IMG/VR virus record: IMGVR_UViG_3300045988_139196
Length of the DNA: 64,000 nt
Reading direction: 5' to 3' (one strand)
Source: a virus
In this document: positions 63,315 through 64,000 of the stretch, piece after piece
Layout of the letters: each line of letters opens with the position of its first letter
Numbering within the stretch: position 1 is the stretch's first letter
Translations under genes and position numbers: made by a program
The notes under the pieces: model-generated
What the model was told of the DNA's origin: nothing
Databases searched by the model: none
Seen by the model: the letters and a program-made list of their open reading frames with translations, nothing else

Positions 63315-63938
63315 ATGACAGTAACAGAAGAACTTCCAATTTCCATTGTAGATAGTTTGGATAAGAGAACATATCCTACGCCTGAAGAGTATAACTATTG
63401 GAAATCGAGAGAAAACAGAACATTTTTTATTGATTACGAGGTAGATGAGTTTTATAACCTCATTGAATTAAGCAAAGTTATTATTCAGATGAACATGGAA
63501 GAAAGAGAAATTAAAAATCCAAAGCCAATCTTTATTTTCATTCATAGTTATGGTGGAGATATAGAACAGGCAAATTATTTTTGTGACCTGATACAGAGTA
63601 GTCATATTCCTATCGTTACTATTGGAATGGGTGTTGCTATGAGTGCAGGCTTTCTTATTTTTCTTGCTGGCAAGCGTAGATATGCGTTTGAACATTGCCA
63701 AATGCTCGTTCATCAAGGCTCTACTGCTTTTCAGGGTAGTGCTGCTGAAATTGAGGAAGCTCAGAAAAATTATAAGAAACAGCTTGAGGGCATGAAGTCA
63801 TATATCCTCGCAAGGACGGACATTGATGAAAAGACTTTTAATAAAAATAGAAATAAAGATTGGTATTTATCTCGTGATGAACTTGTGAAGTACAAAGTGG
63901 TCGATAAGATTGTCACATCGTTTGATGAAATTAATTAG
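63315..63938 (+). CDS. ClpP-family serine protease (likely prohead protease)
   Basis: IHSYGGDIEQA, GVAMSAGFLIFLAG (Ser) and MLVHQG (His). Confidence 0.8.
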   Translation: MTVTEELPISIVDSLDKRTYPTPEEYNYWKSRENRTFFIDYEVDEFYNLIELSKVIIQMNMEEREIKNPKPIFIFIHSYGGDIEQANYFCDLIQSSHIPIVTIGMGVAMSAGFLIFLAGKRRYAFEHCQMLVHQGSTAFQGSAAEIEEAQKNYKKQLEGMKSYILARTDIDEKTFNKNRNKDWYLSRDELVKYKVVDKIVTSFDEIN

Positions 63939-63949
63939 GCGGTGTTATC

Positions 63950-64000
63950 ATGGGCAAGAAAAATAATAATACAATAACCTCGTATGATAACCCACCTGAG
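63950..64000 (+). CDS. 5' end of a further ORF (partial)
   Basis: ATG after AGGCGG; the ORF runs off the window. Confidence 0.3.
   Translation, partial: MGKKNNNTITSYDNPPE

Noticed and set aside
1-64000. Possible stop-codon reassignment, as seen in some gut phages
   Set aside because: Long, motif-bearing ORFs are intact under the standard code throughout. The breaks in nrdD and dnaE are explained by introns, and those in dcm and the 45647-46061 pseudogene by frameshifts.

Overview
AT-rich (about 30% GC by eye) dsDNA phage or prophage segment from a low-GC Firmicute. All calls rest on motifs read by eye; no BLAST, HMM or RNA folding was run. Gene content and order resemble SPbeta-like phages: a DnaE/RecJ-like/primase/DnaB-like replication block, YopX, and a YonO-like RNA polymerase. 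From 1 to 52.6 kb almost everything is on the minus strand. This part holds a nucleotide-metabolism block (nrdG, an nrdD split by two HNH-encoding group I introns, a nucleotidase, a dNMP-kinase-like gene, and a ThyX-like gene with an in-frame HNH insertion). It also holds three DNA methyltransferases (the C5 one frameshifted), a foreign-GC truncated terminase ATPase gene, a RecD-like helicase, a dnaE split by an ORF-less intron, RecJ-like, primase, DnaB-like, Sak4-like ATPase and SSB-like genes, and a beta clamp among many small early genes. An accessory island (about 33.4-43.2 kb) interrupts this block. It contains a small hydrophobic peptide gene with a consensus promoter, three tRNAs, a MazF-like gene with no visible antitoxin, an Arc-like RHH / antisense sRNA / BRO antirepressor / HicA-like module, and a lipoprotein. 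Its most notable content is two tandem type III toxin-antitoxin loci (tandem RNA repeats, terminator, ToxN/AbiQ-like toxin), followed by a tyrosine recombinase. Positions 52.6-55.9 kb form a roughly 3.3 kb almost ORF-free, repeat-rich divergent control region, possibly an origin or genome end. From 55.5 kb transcription switches to the plus strand: three BRO-N proteins, a YonO-like two-barrel RNA polymerase, and a ClpP-like protease.
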